Shown here in pieces: positions 29,986 to 39,214 of a stretch of 64,000 bases of DNA. This DNA comes from an uncultured Candidatus Saccharibacteria bacterium (lineage in GTDB: Bacteria; Patescibacteriota; Doudnabacteria; UBA920), in contig CAZVXT010000001.1 of assembly GCA_964631145.1 (NCBI GenBank), forward strand, positions 255,151-319,150, in the 5' to 3' direction. Each line of letters begins with the position of its first letter. Position 1 is the stretch's first letter. Made by a program: the position numbers and the translations under genes. The notes beneath the pieces are model-generated. The model ran no database searches and was not told the DNA's origin. It was given only the letters and a program-made list of their open reading frames with translations.

Positions 29986-30537
29986 ATGCCTAAACTTTCA
30001 GCTAGATTAAAATTAATCTTACTTATTGCTGGCTTTGTAGTTTTTACAATGCTAATGTTTTTGTATGGCTATGGAATTATGGAGAGACGCAATCAATCAT
30101 TGTTAGATAATACTTTACAGAAACGTTTAGAGCTTGAAGTGTTAAAGCGGGAGCAAAAAAACTTTGAACAAGGGAAAAAAGATATTGCTACTTTAGATCA
30201 AAAAGAATATCCACCACAAGACCTTTTTAGTAAAGATACAAAAGTAGTAAAAGAAATCCAAAAGCTGGAGGCTCTTGCTGCAAATTATAATCTAAAAATT
30301 AGTTTATCTGTTTCTGGTACTTCAAAAACTGCAAAAAAGGCTACAGGTGTATCAGGGGATTTATTGCTTGTTCCTTATATAGTAAGTTTAGAAGGGTCCT
30401 ATACAAATATAGTGCGTTACGTTCAATCTGCAGAGCACACATCTTTTATAAATAAAACTCAAGCAGTTAGATTGGCGGCTTTGCAGAATGGAAATGTAAA
30501 AGCTACTTTAAATTCAGAATTTTACCTAAAACAATGA
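29986..30537 (+). CDS. pilO: PilO-like protein
   Basis: TM helix, coiled coil, LEGSY..I..Y motif; follows pilN. Confidence 0.7.
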   Translation: MPKLSARLKLILLIAGFVVFTMLMFLYGYGIMERRNQSLLDNTLQKRLELEVLKREQKNFEQGKKDIATLDQKEYPPQDLFSKDTKVVKEIQKLEALAANYNLKISLSVSGTSKTAKKATGVSGDLLLVPYIVSLEGSYTNIVRYVQSAEHTSFINKTQAVRLAALQNGNVKATLNSEFYLKQ

Positions 30538-30830
30538 AAATAAATTTTGATAAAAAAAATATATTATATATTTTAAACCGCTATACTGTTTGGTTTTTGT
30601 GGGCATTTTTGCTTTTGATTATTTTGTCAGAAGGGTTTGTATTAAAAAATTCTGTGGGCAAATATTTAGCTAGCAATGGAGATGTTGCTGTATCTTCAGC
30701 GCAGTTAGTTAGAGTTAATTTTGAAGCTTATCAAAAAATTGAGAACAGGCTGAAAGCTAACGAATCATTTGTGCCTGCTGGCTCTGAAGGCTCAGGTGCT
30801 TTTGGGTTGGTAATAAAAGAGTCAAATTAA
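30534..30830 (+). CDS. Small single-TM protein ending the pil operon
   Basis: 98 aa, one TM helix, overlaps the pilO stop. Confidence 0.65.
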   Translation: MKINFDKKNILYILNRYTVWFLWAFLLLIILSEGFVLKNSVGKYLASNGDVAVSSAQLVRVNFEAYQKIENRLKANESFVPAGSEGSGAFGLVIKESN

Positions 30831-30916
30831 GGTTGATTTTTTATCCCAAATATAGTAAAATTTCTTAGTATTGTAGTGTAAGTAAATACTAATTTTTTAT
30901 TTAAAACTGAATAAAT

Positions 30917-30992
30917 GGGTCGGTAGCTCAGTTGGTAGAGCAGGTGCCTCTTAAGCACTCGGTCGTGGGTTCGAGTCCCACCCGACCCACCA
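30917..30992 (+). tRNA. tRNA-Lys(CTT)
   Basis: GGGTCGG…CCGACCC-A-CCA; anticodon arm GGTGC-CTCTTAA-GCACT. Confidence 0.96.
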
Positions 30993-31080
30993 TAATAATA
31001 AAACACCATTTTTGGTGTTTTATTATTTAGTCATAATTTTAAGCTATGTAATATAAATAAAAAAGCCAACATTATGTTGG

Positions 31081-31788
31081 CTATATTGGAGCACCTATAG
31101 ATATCTCCTTTTGAGCTTCTATTATCATTTGTTTGATAACAAGAATATTTTTCTTTTTCAGAAGTTCTAATTTATTTTTTAATTTAGGAGTTTGGTATTT
31201 ATGATTTTCCATAAATTTTAAACTTTTTTCTAGCTCAGTGACTTTACAAAAAGTTAATGGCTCTAAGTTTTTTTCTTCTTCTAAATATAAATTTTGCCAC
31301 TTACGGAATTCTAATTCTGTTAAGCAGGCAAGGTGAGAAAGGTCTGCGTCTCTTAAAATTTGATTGGGCAGTATATGGTCAAATTGCTGGCTGATAGTAT
31401 CATTAGATTTTATCATTTTCGTAGCAACTATGGCGTTATAGCCAGTGCGAAGCTCTTCATCAGAATAAAAATTCGGAGAGGTTTTGTTAATAATATTTAG
31501 GACTTCTTGGGCACTTTTTTCTTCTGCATTATGAGATCTGACGTATATGTCATGTCCTTGCGCAAAATAACCAATAATTTGTTTGGCACGTATAGATAAC
31601 TTTAAATTATTAGCGATTAGTAAGGCTTGCTGTCTTACAAATGTTCCATGGTCTTCGCCATGAAAGCAAAGTTTTTTTGACATACCATTACTGCGTGCAT
31701 TATTAATAGCATCTTTGATTTGAAGTTTGATGTAGTTTGCCTTATCAATGTCTAATTCTGGCAAATCTTTTTGAAAATTAAAACTCAT
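31081..31788 (-). CDS. HD-superfamily metal-dependent phosphohydrolase-like protein
   Basis: FH…H, GHD, EEKS, IVAT, RDADLSHL motifs. GGAGG 5 nt before ATG 31788; TTGACG-17-TATAAT promoter. Confidence 0.7.
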   Translation of the reverse strand: MSFNFQKDLPELDIDKANYIKLQIKDAINNARSNGMSKKLCFHGEDHGTFVRQQALLIANNLKLSIRAKQIIGYFAQGHDIYVRSHNAEEKSAQEVLNIINKTSPNFYSDEELRTGYNAIVATKMIKSNDTISQQFDHILPNQILRDADLSHLACLTELEFRKWQNLYLEEEKNLEPLTFCKVTELEKSLKFMENHKYQTPKLKNKLELLKKKNILVIKQMIIEAQKEISIGAPI

Positions 31789-31847
31789 ATTTTCCTCCAT
31801 AAAATATTTTACAACTCATTATACAAAATAAAATAACTAGCGTCAAG

Positions 31848-32528
31848 CTAGTTATTTTTGTACTTTTTTACGTAGTAGTTATTAGCAAAGTCTAATTGAA
31901 TAGGAGTTCCAACTGGTAGCCAATTACTTGCCATAATTGCATGAACTGGTTGTGTTTTTGCCAGATTAATTAATGTGTGAGGAAGGCTATATTCTGTTTT
32001 TTCATTAACAGAAATTTTTACTAATTCTTGATCATAAAAATCTTTTGTTAAAGCATAAGCTCCGCAAATTGTTAGTCCAGAGCTACTATCAAATCCTTCA
32101 ATTAGTCCTTCGCTGTCGATTTTTAATCCAAACTCGTAAGCTTTGTTGCTTGGCCATGCAAGAAGTCCTACTCCATTTGATATTAGTTTTTGTAAATCAT
32201 TTTTGTCGTACAAGTCATCTCCATTTACAACCAGAAACTTTTCTTTTACAAAATCTTTTACACGAAGAATAGCGTCACCGGTACCTAGTAATTCTGTTTG
32301 TTCAACATAAGTTATTGGTTTTCCATTCCAAGATTCTTTAAAATGATCTTTAATTTGTTGTCCTAAGTAACCAATTACGATTAAAATCTTGTCTATTTTA
32401 TCTGGTAAGGATTCGAGTGTATATTCAAGTAGAGGTTTATCAGCAATAGGGATGAGTGGTTTTGGATGATGTTCTGTGAAAGGGCGAAGTCTTAGACCTT
32501 TGCCCGCCGCGAGGATTACAGCTTGCAT
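31848..32528 (-). CDS. Nucleotidyltransferase family protein (GlmU/NTP-transferase-like)
   Basis: AVILAAGKGLRLRPFT…PKPL, LGTGDA, VNGDD. Confidence 0.9.
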   Translation of the reverse strand: MQAVILAAGKGLRLRPFTEHHPKPLIPIADKPLLEYTLESLPDKIDKILIVIGYLGQQIKDHFKESWNGKPITYVEQTELLGTGDAILRVKDFVKEKFLVVNGDDLYDKNDLQKLISNGVGLLAWPSNKAYEFGLKIDSEGLIEGFDSSSGLTICGAYALTKDFYDQELVKISVNEKTEYSLPHTLINLAKTQPVHAIMASNWLPVGTPIQLDFANNYYVKKYKNN

Positions 32529-32604
32529 AATTGACTATTTTAAAGATATTAGGTAAATTATATAGTTGTAATTAGAAAATTACAAGCCAAAAGGAGGAAA
32601 ATTT

Positions 32605-32970
32605 ATGGACCAAGAATTAGGCTTAAAAAAGAGGTTGTTGTGGAATTTTAGCACAACTTTAACAATATTTTTGTTACTGACTACTTCGGCTGTTTTTGCT
32701 TATTATTTATGGGTAGATCCGGGAAAAGTTTGGACAGAAGTTTCGAGTAGCGAAGGTTTGGTAAATATCGTGTGGGTATTTTGTAGCTATAATGTTTTAT
32801 TTACTAACACGCTAGATAATTGGGAAAGCTTTGCGAAAATATCCTTCAGAATAATGGCTTTTGGAGCTGCTTTTATAACTTTGATATTTAATCCAATATT
32901 GTTTTTAATTGGCAGTATTTTTGGGCTATTATTATTGCTGCATTATTTTATTAAAATAGCTCAAAAATAA
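32605..32970 (+). CDS. Hypothetical membrane protein
   Basis: 121 aa, 3-4 hydrophobic segments; AAGGAGG at 32591-32597. Confidence 0.7.
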   Translation: MDQELGLKKRLLWNFSTTLTIFLLLTTSAVFAYYLWVDPGKVWTEVSSSEGLVNIVWVFCSYNVLFTNTLDNWESFAKISFRIMAFGAAFITLIFNPILFLIGSIFGLLLLLHYFIKIAQK

Positions 32971-33014
32971 TTTATAGGCATCATTTTTGATGCCTTTTTA
33001 ATTTAAATAAAATG

Positions 33015-33231
33015 CAAATGGTGCGCCCTGAGGGACTCGTCTACCTCACGCTAGTTTCCTCAACACAATCGTTATCACTCATTGTGTTTCGTCAACTGAC
33101 GCTGCGGTAGACTCCTACGCAAAAATTCTTCCACTGGAAAAATTTTTGCTATTTTCTCGTCCCGCGTTGCAATCATTTGTATTTTCAGCATAATGTGCCA
33201 AAAATACAAATGGTGCGCCCTGAGGGACTCG
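33015..33231 (-). repeat. 25-bp direct repeat of the tRNA-Arg 3' end enclosing a hairpin-rich segment
   Basis: CAAATGGTGCGCCCTGAGGGACTCG at 33015-33039 and 33207-33231. Confidence 0.9.
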
Positions 33232-33287
33232 AACCCCCGACACTTGGTTCCGAAGACCAATGCTCTAATCCACTGAGCTAAGGGCGC
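33211..33287 (-). tRNA. tRNA-Arg(TCG)
   Basis: GCGCCCT…AGGGCGC-A-CCA; anticodon arm TTGGT-CTTCGGA-ACCAA. Confidence 0.95.
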
Positions 33288-33355
33288 ATAAAGCTTAGTT
33301 ATTTTAACCAAATTACGATAAAAAATCAATCAATAATAAATGCTATACTTATTTT

Positions 33356-34285
33356 ATGATTACTTTGTTATTAGGATCTGAATTCTTAAGTAAAACTAAA
33401 TATTTGGGAGATTTGTTAAAGAATGGCGGCAATATGGAGCCTTTGTATATAAAAGAAAAAGAAAGACTTCCAAAACAAGCCGATCTAAATTCTGGTACCT
33501 TGTTTGGACCAAAGCAATGTTGGGTTATAGAGAATCTAGCACAAGAGCTAAATGAAGAATTGGTCCTGGCATGGGAGCAGAGTTATCAACAAATTGTTCT
33601 GGTACAGGACAGTATCGACAAGCGTACCAAGTTATTAAAATTTTTATTAGAGCACAGTAGTGTTGTAGAATTTAACCCTCCAAATATAAATGAGGCTAGT
33701 AAATGGATTGCATCTCATGTTAAAAATTTGGGCGGTACAATCGACTCCAAGGCTTCCGAAGAATTGGTGAGAAGGTTATGTGGAGATGTTTATGAGGAAC
33801 TTCCTATTGGCATATGCCATAATGAGATTTTAAAATTATTAAGCTATGTTGGAACGAAAAAACATATTACTTTAAAAGATGTTGAAAGTCTCACTTCCGG
33901 TCAAGATAATATCGATATTTTTTCTTTGACAGATGCATTGGCAAAAAAAGATAAGCGTTCTGCTATTTCGTTATTGCAGAGATATTATAATAATGAAGCT
34001 GATTTTAAATCTGCAACTATTAAATTAGTAGCTTTATGGAACGAGCAAATCAGAACATCACTAATGGTGAAGGACTGGATTGCACAAGGTGTTGCAGAAT
34101 CTGAGATCTTAGCAAAAACAGGATGGAAAAGTGGACGACTATATATGGTTAAGAAAAATGCTAATCAATTTGATCAAAAATTATTGCTCTCAATTATTAA
34201 CAAATTAGTTAATCTAGATATCGAACTAAAAACAAGTACAATGCCTGCTGATGTGGTTGTGGATTTGATTATTGCATCTTTATAA
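33356..34285 (+). CDS. holA: DNA polymerase III subunit delta
   Basis: MITLLLGSE, LFG, DKRTKL, NEILKL, IFSLTDAL, LDIELKT pattern and length. Confidence 0.85.
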   Translation: MITLLLGSEFLSKTKYLGDLLKNGGNMEPLYIKEKERLPKQADLNSGTLFGPKQCWVIENLAQELNEELVLAWEQSYQQIVLVQDSIDKRTKLLKFLLEHSSVVEFNPPNINEASKWIASHVKNLGGTIDSKASEELVRRLCGDVYEELPIGICHNEILKLLSYVGTKKHITLKDVESLTSGQDNIDIFSLTDALAKKDKRSAISLLQRYYNNEADFKSATIKLVALWNEQIRTSLMVKDWIAQGVAESEILAKTGWKSGRLYMVKKNANQFDQKLLLSIINKLVNLDIELKTSTMPADVVVDLIIASL

Positions 34286-34326
34286 TTAGGGGATATATAA
34301 TATATATCGTAAATTAATTATAAGAA

Positions 34327-34842
34327 ATGAACAAAAATTTTAAATTTTTATCTGGTGCCGTTTTACTTTTTGCTTTAATCGTCACAATGGCTCCAGTATC
34401 TGTTAACGCTGATAACTCTTCTGAAGTAAAGAATAAATCAACAGAGATAAAGGCATGTAAGAAAGAAAATGAAGCAACAAGGTCTTCTTATCGTGATACT
34501 GTAAAAAATAACCAAAAAACTTATACTTCCGCCATCTCTACAGCTAATGATGCTTACAAGACCGCGATTAGCGCGGCGCGTGATGCAAGAAAATCCGCAG
34601 TAAAGGCTGCTGAAGACACTTACAAGACCGCTATTGCAGCTGCAACAGACGATGCGGCTAAACAAGCAGCAAAGGCAGTTCGTAAAGTTTCTATAGAAAA
34701 GGCTCAGGCAGATTATAAAAAGGCTGTATCTGATGCAGTAGCTGCAAGAAAAGCTGCTAAAGATAAAGCTCTTTCAACAAGAAAATCATCCAATGACACT
34801 GCAAAAACTTCTCGCGATTCAGCTCTCAAAGACTGTAAATAA
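34327..34842 (+). CDS. Secreted Ala/Lys-rich coiled-coil protein
   Basis: Signal peptide; repeated YKTAI.AA motifs; one Cys near each end of the mature chain. Confidence 0.75.
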   Translation: MNKNFKFLSGAVLLFALIVTMAPVSVNADNSSEVKNKSTEIKACKKENEATRSSYRDTVKNNQKTYTSAISTANDAYKTAISAARDARKSAVKAAEDTYKTAIAAATDDAAKQAAKAVRKVSIEKAQADYKKAVSDAVAARKAAKDKALSTRKSSNDTAKTSRDSALKDCK

Positions 34843-34897
34843 TTACTTAGATACGAAAAAACCATCCAATTTTATTGGATGGTTTTTAATTTTGATG

Positions 34898-36748
34898 TTA
34901 ACTACGCTTGTCTCTCTTGCGATCATTAGCATTTAGAAAACGCTTGCGAATACGAACGCTTTGAGGAGTTACTTCTACTAATTCATCTGCTCCAATGTAT
35001 TCTAGAGCAAAATCCAAAGTAACTGCGCGAGGAGGGGTTAATACAATACCTTCATCGCTACCTGAAGCACGCATGTTAGTTAGTTTTTTACCTTTACAGA
35101 CATTAACTTCAATATCTTGATCAAGCGCATTTTTACCAACAACCATTCCTTCATAAACATCAACAGCTGGACCGACAAACATAATACCGCGTTCTTGAGC
35201 GTTGTTAAGTCCGTAGCTACTGGTGGTTCCAGATTCTGAAGCAATCAATGAGCCATGCTCATTGCTGCGCAAATCAATATCATGAACTGGCTTGTAACTA
35301 TCAAATAAGTTATTAATAATTGCTGTTCCTCGTGTGCGAGTAAGTAATAAGTTTTTTAATCCAATTAAACCACGAGTTGGAATAATGTATTCTGCATGAA
35401 TTTCTCCCGCTGCATTAGTTTCCATGTTTTGTAATTCGCCACCACGTTTTGCAACTTCTTCAATCATTACACCTTGGTGTTCGCTAGGAACATCTATGGT
35501 CAAAAATTCATACGGTTCTTTTTTTACACCATCTTCTTCGATGTAAATAACTTGGGGTTGAGATACTTGAAGTTCAAATCCTTCACGGCGCATGGTTTCT
35601 ATTAGGATGCCTAAATGAAGTTCACCACGTCCAGATACTAAATAAGAATCACCACTGTCTGCAGCAGGTTCTACTCGCAATGCAACATTTGTTTCTAATT
35701 CACGATCAAGTCTGTCTTTAATATTACGAGAAGTTAATTGTGTTCCTTCTTTACCAGCAAATGGTGAAGTGTTTACACCAAAAGTCATTTTGATGGTAGG
35801 TTGTTCTATTTCTACAGGAGGGATTTGAATTGGGTTTTGGCTATCAGCAAGAGTATCGCCGATTTGCACATTATCAAATCCACCAATTGCAACAATGTCA
35901 CCAGCGGTTGCTTCTTCTACTTCTGTTGGAACCAAACCTTGGTACATTTGTAAACTACTAACTTTTCCGGTAGAAGTTTTTCCGTCTCTACTTATCAAAG
36001 CAATGCTTTGTGCTTTTTTTAGACTTCCTGCGGTAATTTTTCCGATACCAATTTTACCTTTATAGTTATCAAAGCGGAGTGCTAATACTAGCATACCAAA
36101 AGGATCTTCTGGTTTAACTTCTGGAGCAGGGATGTGATTGATAATTGCTTCAAAAACTGGCGTGATGTTATGAGCTTCGTTTGGTAAGTCTTCGCCAGTC
36201 TTAGTAGCTGCAACAATTTTTTCGGGTTCTGTATCAGCAATTCCGTTAATACCGCTAGCGTATAAGATAGGGAAGTCTAATTGTTGGTCATTGGCACCGA
36301 GAGAAACAAACAAATCAAAAGTTTTATTTATAACTTCGTCAATTTGAGCATCTGGTTTATCTACTTTATTAATGACAACAATTGCTCTATGTCCAAGTTC
36401 CAAAGCTTTCTTTAACACGAACTTAGTTTGAGGCATTGGTCCTTCTTTTGCATCTACAAGTAACAGTACGCCATCAGCCATACGTAGGGTACGTTCTACT
36501 TCGCCGCCAAAGTCAGCATGTCCTGGAGTATCTACAATATTGATGCGGATATCGTTGTACATAACTGATGCATTTTTTGCAGTGATTGTAATTCCGCGCT
36601 CGCGTTCCAAATCTCCTGAGTCCATAATTAAAGCACCGCCAGTATCTTTGACAGTTTGAGTCTGTTTTAGCATCGCATCTACCAAAGTGGTTTTTCCGTG
36701 GTCAACGTGAGCTATGATTGCAACATTTCTAATGTTATCTCTTTTCAT
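34898..36748 (-). CDS. typA: Translational GTPase TypA/BipA
   Basis: IRNVAIIAHVDHGKTTLVD, DTPGHADFGGEVER, GRGELHLGILIETMRREGFE, KKLTNMRASG. Confidence 0.98.
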   Translation of the reverse strand: MKRDNIRNVAIIAHVDHGKTTLVDAMLKQTQTVKDTGGALIMDSGDLERERGITITAKNASVMYNDIRINIVDTPGHADFGGEVERTLRMADGVLLLVDAKEGPMPQTKFVLKKALELGHRAIVVINKVDKPDAQIDEVINKTFDLFVSLGANDQQLDFPILYASGINGIADTEPEKIVAATKTGEDLPNEAHNITPVFEAIINHIPAPEVKPEDPFGMLVLALRFDNYKGKIGIGKITAGSLKKAQSIALISRDGKTSTGKVSSLQMYQGLVPTEVEEATAGDIVAIGGFDNVQIGDTLADSQNPIQIPPVEIEQPTIKMTFGVNTSPFAGKEGTQLTSRNIKDRLDRELETNVALRVEPAADSGDSYLVSGRGELHLGILIETMRREGFELQVSQPQVIYIEEDGVKKEPYEFLTIDVPSEHQGVMIEEVAKRGGELQNMETNAAGEIHAEYIIPTRGLIGLKNLLLTRTRGTAIINNLFDSYKPVHDIDLRSNEHGSLIASESGTTSSYGLNNAQERGIMFVGPAVDVYEGMVVGKNALDQDIEVNVCKGKKLTNMRASGSDEGIVLTPPRAVTLDFALEYIGADELVEVTPQSVRIRKRFLNANDRKRDKRS

Positions 36749-36804
36749 AAATCTATATAAATAATCAAGAAAAAATGCCGAGTTATGCTTCGGCTCTTTG
36801 ACAT
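36745..36804 (-). CDS. Putative 19-aa leaderless leader peptide coupled to typA
   Basis: MSKSRSITRHFFLIIYIDL. ATG 6 nt after TATGAT; the TGA overlaps the typA ATG; contains a GCCGA/TCGGC hairpin plus U tract. Confidence 0.5.
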   Translation of the reverse strand: MSKSRSITRHFFLIIYIDL

Positions 36805-36892
36805 AATTTAATCATAATTTGAGCAAGTTGTCAATTATAAAGTTTGTGATTTAGCTTTTTTAATTTTTTAAATTAGCTATAATAAATATACT

Positions 36893-37915
36893 ATGAACCA
36901 AAAAATTCAAACCATTAGTTTCTTTGCAATTTTGTTAATTGCGTTAATTGCAGTAATATTTTTGTTTAAGCCATTTGCTAGCCTTTTAGCATTCGCTGTA
37001 ATTTTATCCATACTCTTTGCTCCAATAAATACTTGGTTGCGAAAGAAATTAAATTCTGATAATTTTGCCGCGTTGCTGACAGTGCTAATTATGATTGTTA
37101 TTGTGCTAATACCAGTTGTGTTTTTTGGGCAAGCAATTATTAGTGAGGTCTTTGATCTCTATCAAAAAGTAAAAACCGGACAGTTAGTAATCAATAAGGA
37201 TCAAATTATTAGCTCGTTACCTTCAGAAATGCAGAATCTTGTGACTGATTTTGCTAATGACATTAGTTCTTTAATTGGAAGGTTTGCTTCTGGGGCAGTG
37301 CAGAGTTTTTCTGGGCTGTTGTCTAACATAGCCAATTTCGTTGTTTCTTTATTTATCACTTTTTTTGCTACATTCTTTTTGCTTAGAGATGGAAAAAAGT
37401 TAAAAGAAGTGTTTATGGATATTTCTCCAATGGCAACTCGCCAAGAAAGCGTGTTGGTCGACCGAATTATTATTGCTGTTAATGGAGTGGTAAAAGGACA
37501 GTTTTTGACAGCTCTAATACAAGGTTTGGTTGCCATGTTAGGATTCTTTATTTTTGGAGTTCCTCAGCCTGTTGTGTGGGGACTGTTTACTGTGTTTACA
37601 GCTTTGGTTCCTAATATTGGTACATCTATTTCCATTATCCCCGCGATAGGTTACTTACTTATTACTGGACATACTGGCGCTGCTATTGGGATGTTAATAT
37701 GGGGAATGGTTGCCGTTGGTTTGATAGATAATTTAGTTGGGCCTAAATTAGTAGGAAGTACAACCAAATTACACCCATTATTAGTTTTGTTTAGCATTTT
37801 AGGTGGAGTGCAGTTGTTTGGCATTTTGGGAATTTTAATCGGACCAATTATTACTTCGATTTTGGTAGCTTTGATAGATATTTATCGCGAAGACTTTAAA
37901 GATTACGTAAAGTAA
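36893..37915 (+). CDS. AI-2E family transporter (UPF0118)
   Basis: FFLLRDG, VKGQFLTALIQG, IDNLVGPKLVG, HPLLVLFSILGG, GILIGP. Confidence 0.9.
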   Translation: MNQKIQTISFFAILLIALIAVIFLFKPFASLLAFAVILSILFAPINTWLRKKLNSDNFAALLTVLIMIVIVLIPVVFFGQAIISEVFDLYQKVKTGQLVINKDQIISSLPSEMQNLVTDFANDISSLIGRFASGAVQSFSGLLSNIANFVVSLFITFFATFFLLRDGKKLKEVFMDISPMATRQESVLVDRIIIAVNGVVKGQFLTALIQGLVAMLGFFIFGVPQPVVWGLFTVFTALVPNIGTSISIIPAIGYLLITGHTGAAIGMLIWGMVAVGLIDNLVGPKLVGSTTKLHPLLVLFSILGGVQLFGILGILIGPIITSILVALIDIYREDFKDYVK

Positions 37916-37916
37916 A

Positions 37917-39113
37917 ATGTTATTTACCTGGCTATTTATTTGTTCACTAATTTTATCTCCTCTATATGTATGGAGGTTTTCATTGTTGGGAAGTGTGCCG
38001 GCAAATTTTTTGCTAGTTATTCAAACAATTTTATTTGCCACTTTTTTTCTATGGTTATTGTGGACGAAACAAATAAAAAGTTTTTTGTTAGAAATAAAAA
38101 ATACAGACAAGTTTTTACTAATTAGTTGTTTAATCTTTTGGTTCGTCTCTGTAATTGGACTATTTAATTTTGGATTTAGTACTGCAAAATTTGGTCAAGA
38201 ACTGGTTTTGTTTAGTTTTCCAATTACAACACTTTTTGCATTAAAATATTTAATACAAAAATATTCTATAGACTCTAAAATCTTAGCTTATATTTTTTTG
38301 GGATTTATTTTAGTCAATGGTTTGTTGGCAATAATTCAATATTTTAGTTTGTGGTCTCTACCAGTTATATACTGGGGAAATAGTGCAGAGCCAAAAAGAG
38401 CAGTTAGTTTTTTTGCCCACCCTAACGGTTATGGTTTGTTTGTGGTTCCCTTGTTGGTATTTGTTATACCATGGCTATATGACAACTTTTTAAAGACTAA
38501 AAACATATGGTTATGGGTAATGTGGATGATTGGATTCTTGGGTATTTTATTGTCTTTATCTCGAGGGGCGTTATTGGGTTTATTCGCGGCGCTTGGTGTA
38601 TTTGTTTTGGTAAAAGGCGGTAAAAAATTATGGATTGCTTTTGCTTCTGCTGTCGTAGTGATGGTGATAGTCATATCTGCGGTTCCTAATTTGAGATATA
38701 GAGTAATGCTTCCATTTATGGGAGAAAAATCTTCTGTTGCTAGATTTAGCCTGTGGCATACCGGAGAAAAAGTAATTATAGATCATCCTTTAATTGGTTT
38801 AGGGGTAAATGGTTTTGCTGACAATTGGAATAAATATAATTCTGATTCAGGTTTGCAGCATTATAATTATCCTCATAATATAATTTTAAATTTTTGGGTG
38901 GATTATGGGCTAGTCGGTGTTTCTGGTTTTGTGGCTTTGATATTGTATGGGTTGTATTTTTCCTATAAAAATAAGACTAAAGCTTTTGCTCTAGGATTTG
39001 GTTTATTTTTAGTATCTATGATTGTTCATGGGCTAATAGATATTCCATATTTAAAAAATGATTTGGCGTTACAGTTTTGGATATTATATGCCATAGCTTT
39101 GTCTGTATTATAA
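37917..39113 (+). CDS. O-antigen ligase family (Wzy_C) polytopic glycosyltransferase
   Basis: RAVSFFAHPN, LSLSRGA, R..LW, HPLIGLG, PHN motifs. Confidence 0.88.
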   Translation: MLFTWLFICSLILSPLYVWRFSLLGSVPANFLLVIQTILFATFFLWLLWTKQIKSFLLEIKNTDKFLLISCLIFWFVSVIGLFNFGFSTAKFGQELVLFSFPITTLFALKYLIQKYSIDSKILAYIFLGFILVNGLLAIIQYFSLWSLPVIYWGNSAEPKRAVSFFAHPNGYGLFVVPLLVFVIPWLYDNFLKTKNIWLWVMWMIGFLGILLSLSRGALLGLFAALGVFVLVKGGKKLWIAFASAVVVMVIVISAVPNLRYRVMLPFMGEKSSVARFSLWHTGEKVIIDHPLIGLGVNGFADNWNKYNSDSGLQHYNYPHNIILNFWVDYGLVGVSGFVALILYGLYFSYKNKTKAFALGFGLFLVSMIVHGLIDIPYLKNDLALQFWILYAIALSVL

Positions 39114-39214
39114 AGAATTTATTTATTGACACATATATAATTAGTAGATAAAATTATTAATCTTCTAGCAATAGAAGGTTTTTTAATATAAACATCGTAA
39201 GGAGGATGTATTTT

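Noticed and set aside
30827-31009. 60-aa minus-strand ORF
   Set aside because: It is the antisense reading of tRNA-Lys.
33075-33329. 84-aa minus-strand ORF
   Set aside because: Runs through tRNA-Arg(TCG) and the hairpin element; not credible as protein.
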